DNA of 32,005 nt, from the NCBI GenBank assembly GCA_964425465.1, contig CAYRNM010000004.1:1-32005 (forward strand), written 5' to 3'. Of the stretch, positions 31,331 to 32,005 are shown in pieces (the stretch's first letter is position 1; every line of letters begins with the position of its first letter). A model generated the notes under the pieces. The model was not told the origin of the DNA. It worked only from the letters and a program-made list of their open reading frames with translations, and did not search any database. The position numbers and the translations under genes were made by a program. This DNA comes from an uncultured Anaerolineae bacterium (lineage in GTDB: Bacteria; Chloroflexota; Anaerolineae; JAYEMR01).

Positions 31331-32005
31331 TTAATTCTCAAGTCCGTTGTCCTCCCCCAGCATGGTCGGAAAGGGTTCCGAATCCCGAAAGCGGCTGGCA
31401 TAGAGAAAGCGGTAGATATCGTGGAAATAGAATTGGGGGAATGGCTTGCGCGGCAGGCTCTCCAGGAATTGATCTTCGATCTCCTCAGTCTGGGCAGAGC
31501 TGATCCCCGAGGAGACCTCGTAATCGTAGTAGTATGCCAGGTCCCGCTCCGGGCGGGCGATGAGGCGCGAGACCCCATACGCTGCCGGCTCATCGGCCAC
31601 GCGCGCGTATCGTTCCAATAGAAAGGTGCCCGTACAGCCGGAATGGATCAGGCCTCGGTGGGCGTTGAAGAACTGCGCTGTCTCCCAAGCCTCCTCCTCG
31701 GTCTCCCCCGGGAAGCCGAAGAAGATGAAGACATGGTTCCAGATCCCTGCTTCCGCACCCTCTCTCAGGATCCGTTGTGCTGTCTCCAGCCGCGTGCCCT
31801 TGTCCATCCGATCCAGCACCCGTTGGGAGCCGGATTCAAGCCCGTAGAGCACCATGCGGCAACCCGCCCGGCGCATCTGTCTCAGCAGCTCCGCGCTGAT
31901 CCCCGGCTCGAAGCGGGCACAGCATGTCCAGTGGAAATCTGTGCCGGCCTCGATGAGCTGCGCTGAGAGGAGCTTGAGCATGCGGGGGGAGAGCGCTTCA
32001 TCGGC
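31331..32005 (-). CDS. radical SAM protein, probably B12-binding-domain class (3' part; the ORF runs off the right edge)
   Basis: ...RAGCRMVLYGLESGSQRVLDRMDKGTRLETAQRILREGAEAGIWNHVFIFFGFPGETEEEAWETAQF matches the pattern of the distal half of the radical-SAM barrel in B12-rSAM enzymes. The frame is open to position 32005. The CX3CX2C region is outside the window. Confidence 0.7.
   Translation of the reverse strand, partial: ADEALSPRMLKLLSAQLIEAGTDFHWTCCARFEPGISAELLRQMRRAGCRMVLYGLESGSQRVLDRMDKGTRLETAQRILREGAEAGIWNHVFIFFGFPGETEEEAWETAQFFNAHRGLIHSGCTGTFLLERYARVADEPAAYGVSRLIARPERDLAYYYDYEVSSGISSAQTEEIEDQFLESLPRKPFPQFYFHDIYRFLYASRFRDSEPFPTMLGEDNGLEN

Overview
This is a GC-rich bacterial chromosomal segment. 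The protein content suggests a Chloroflexota-like organism: ABC receptors tethered as lipoproteins by long linkers, and a PMT/ArnT-like GT-C enzyme with beta-sandwich repeats. That taxon is only a guess. I can support about 30 protein genes, three gene remnants, several promoter-like and terminator-like sites, and a small family of palindromic repeats. I found no rRNA, tRNA, CRISPR array, transposase, integrase or recognisable defence or toxin genes.

Layout, left to right:
- Partial membrane protein (-).
- Bactofilin (+).
- Radical-SAM gene and aspartase gene joined by an ATGA overlap (-).
- rplS and rnhB (+).
- Frameshifted TlpA-like thioredoxin (-).
- TIM-barrel gene fragment (+).
- A run of about 10.3 kb of same-strand genes (16046 down to 5736). 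It holds a fused lipoprotein receptor, DppB-like, DppC-like and HisM/GlnP-like permeases, a GlnQ-like ATPase, a glucarate-dehydratase-like enolase, a class-V aminotransferase, and a 561-aa protein with an XPB-N-terminal-like C-terminus.
- A divergent livG-F-H-M transporter with no binding-protein gene.
- A small membrane protein, a single-repeat UPF0016 (GDT1/TMEM165) gene, and tatA.
- A minus-strand glycan cluster: partial B12-type radical SAM, GH4, an 865-aa cytoplasmic heparinase-II/III-like protein, a decayed Gfo/Idh/MocA remnant, a membrane-anchored clan GH-A hydrolase, a PMT/ArnT-like GT-C and a GT2.

The most unusual object is the receptor gene at 13632..16046. It encodes a complete family-3 (amino-acid) binding domain fused to a family-5 (DppA-type) binding domain that is circularly permuted. 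Its operon carries permeases of both transporter families but only one, amino-acid-type, ATPase. All homology calls come from reading the translations and from motifs recalled from memory. No database search was run.
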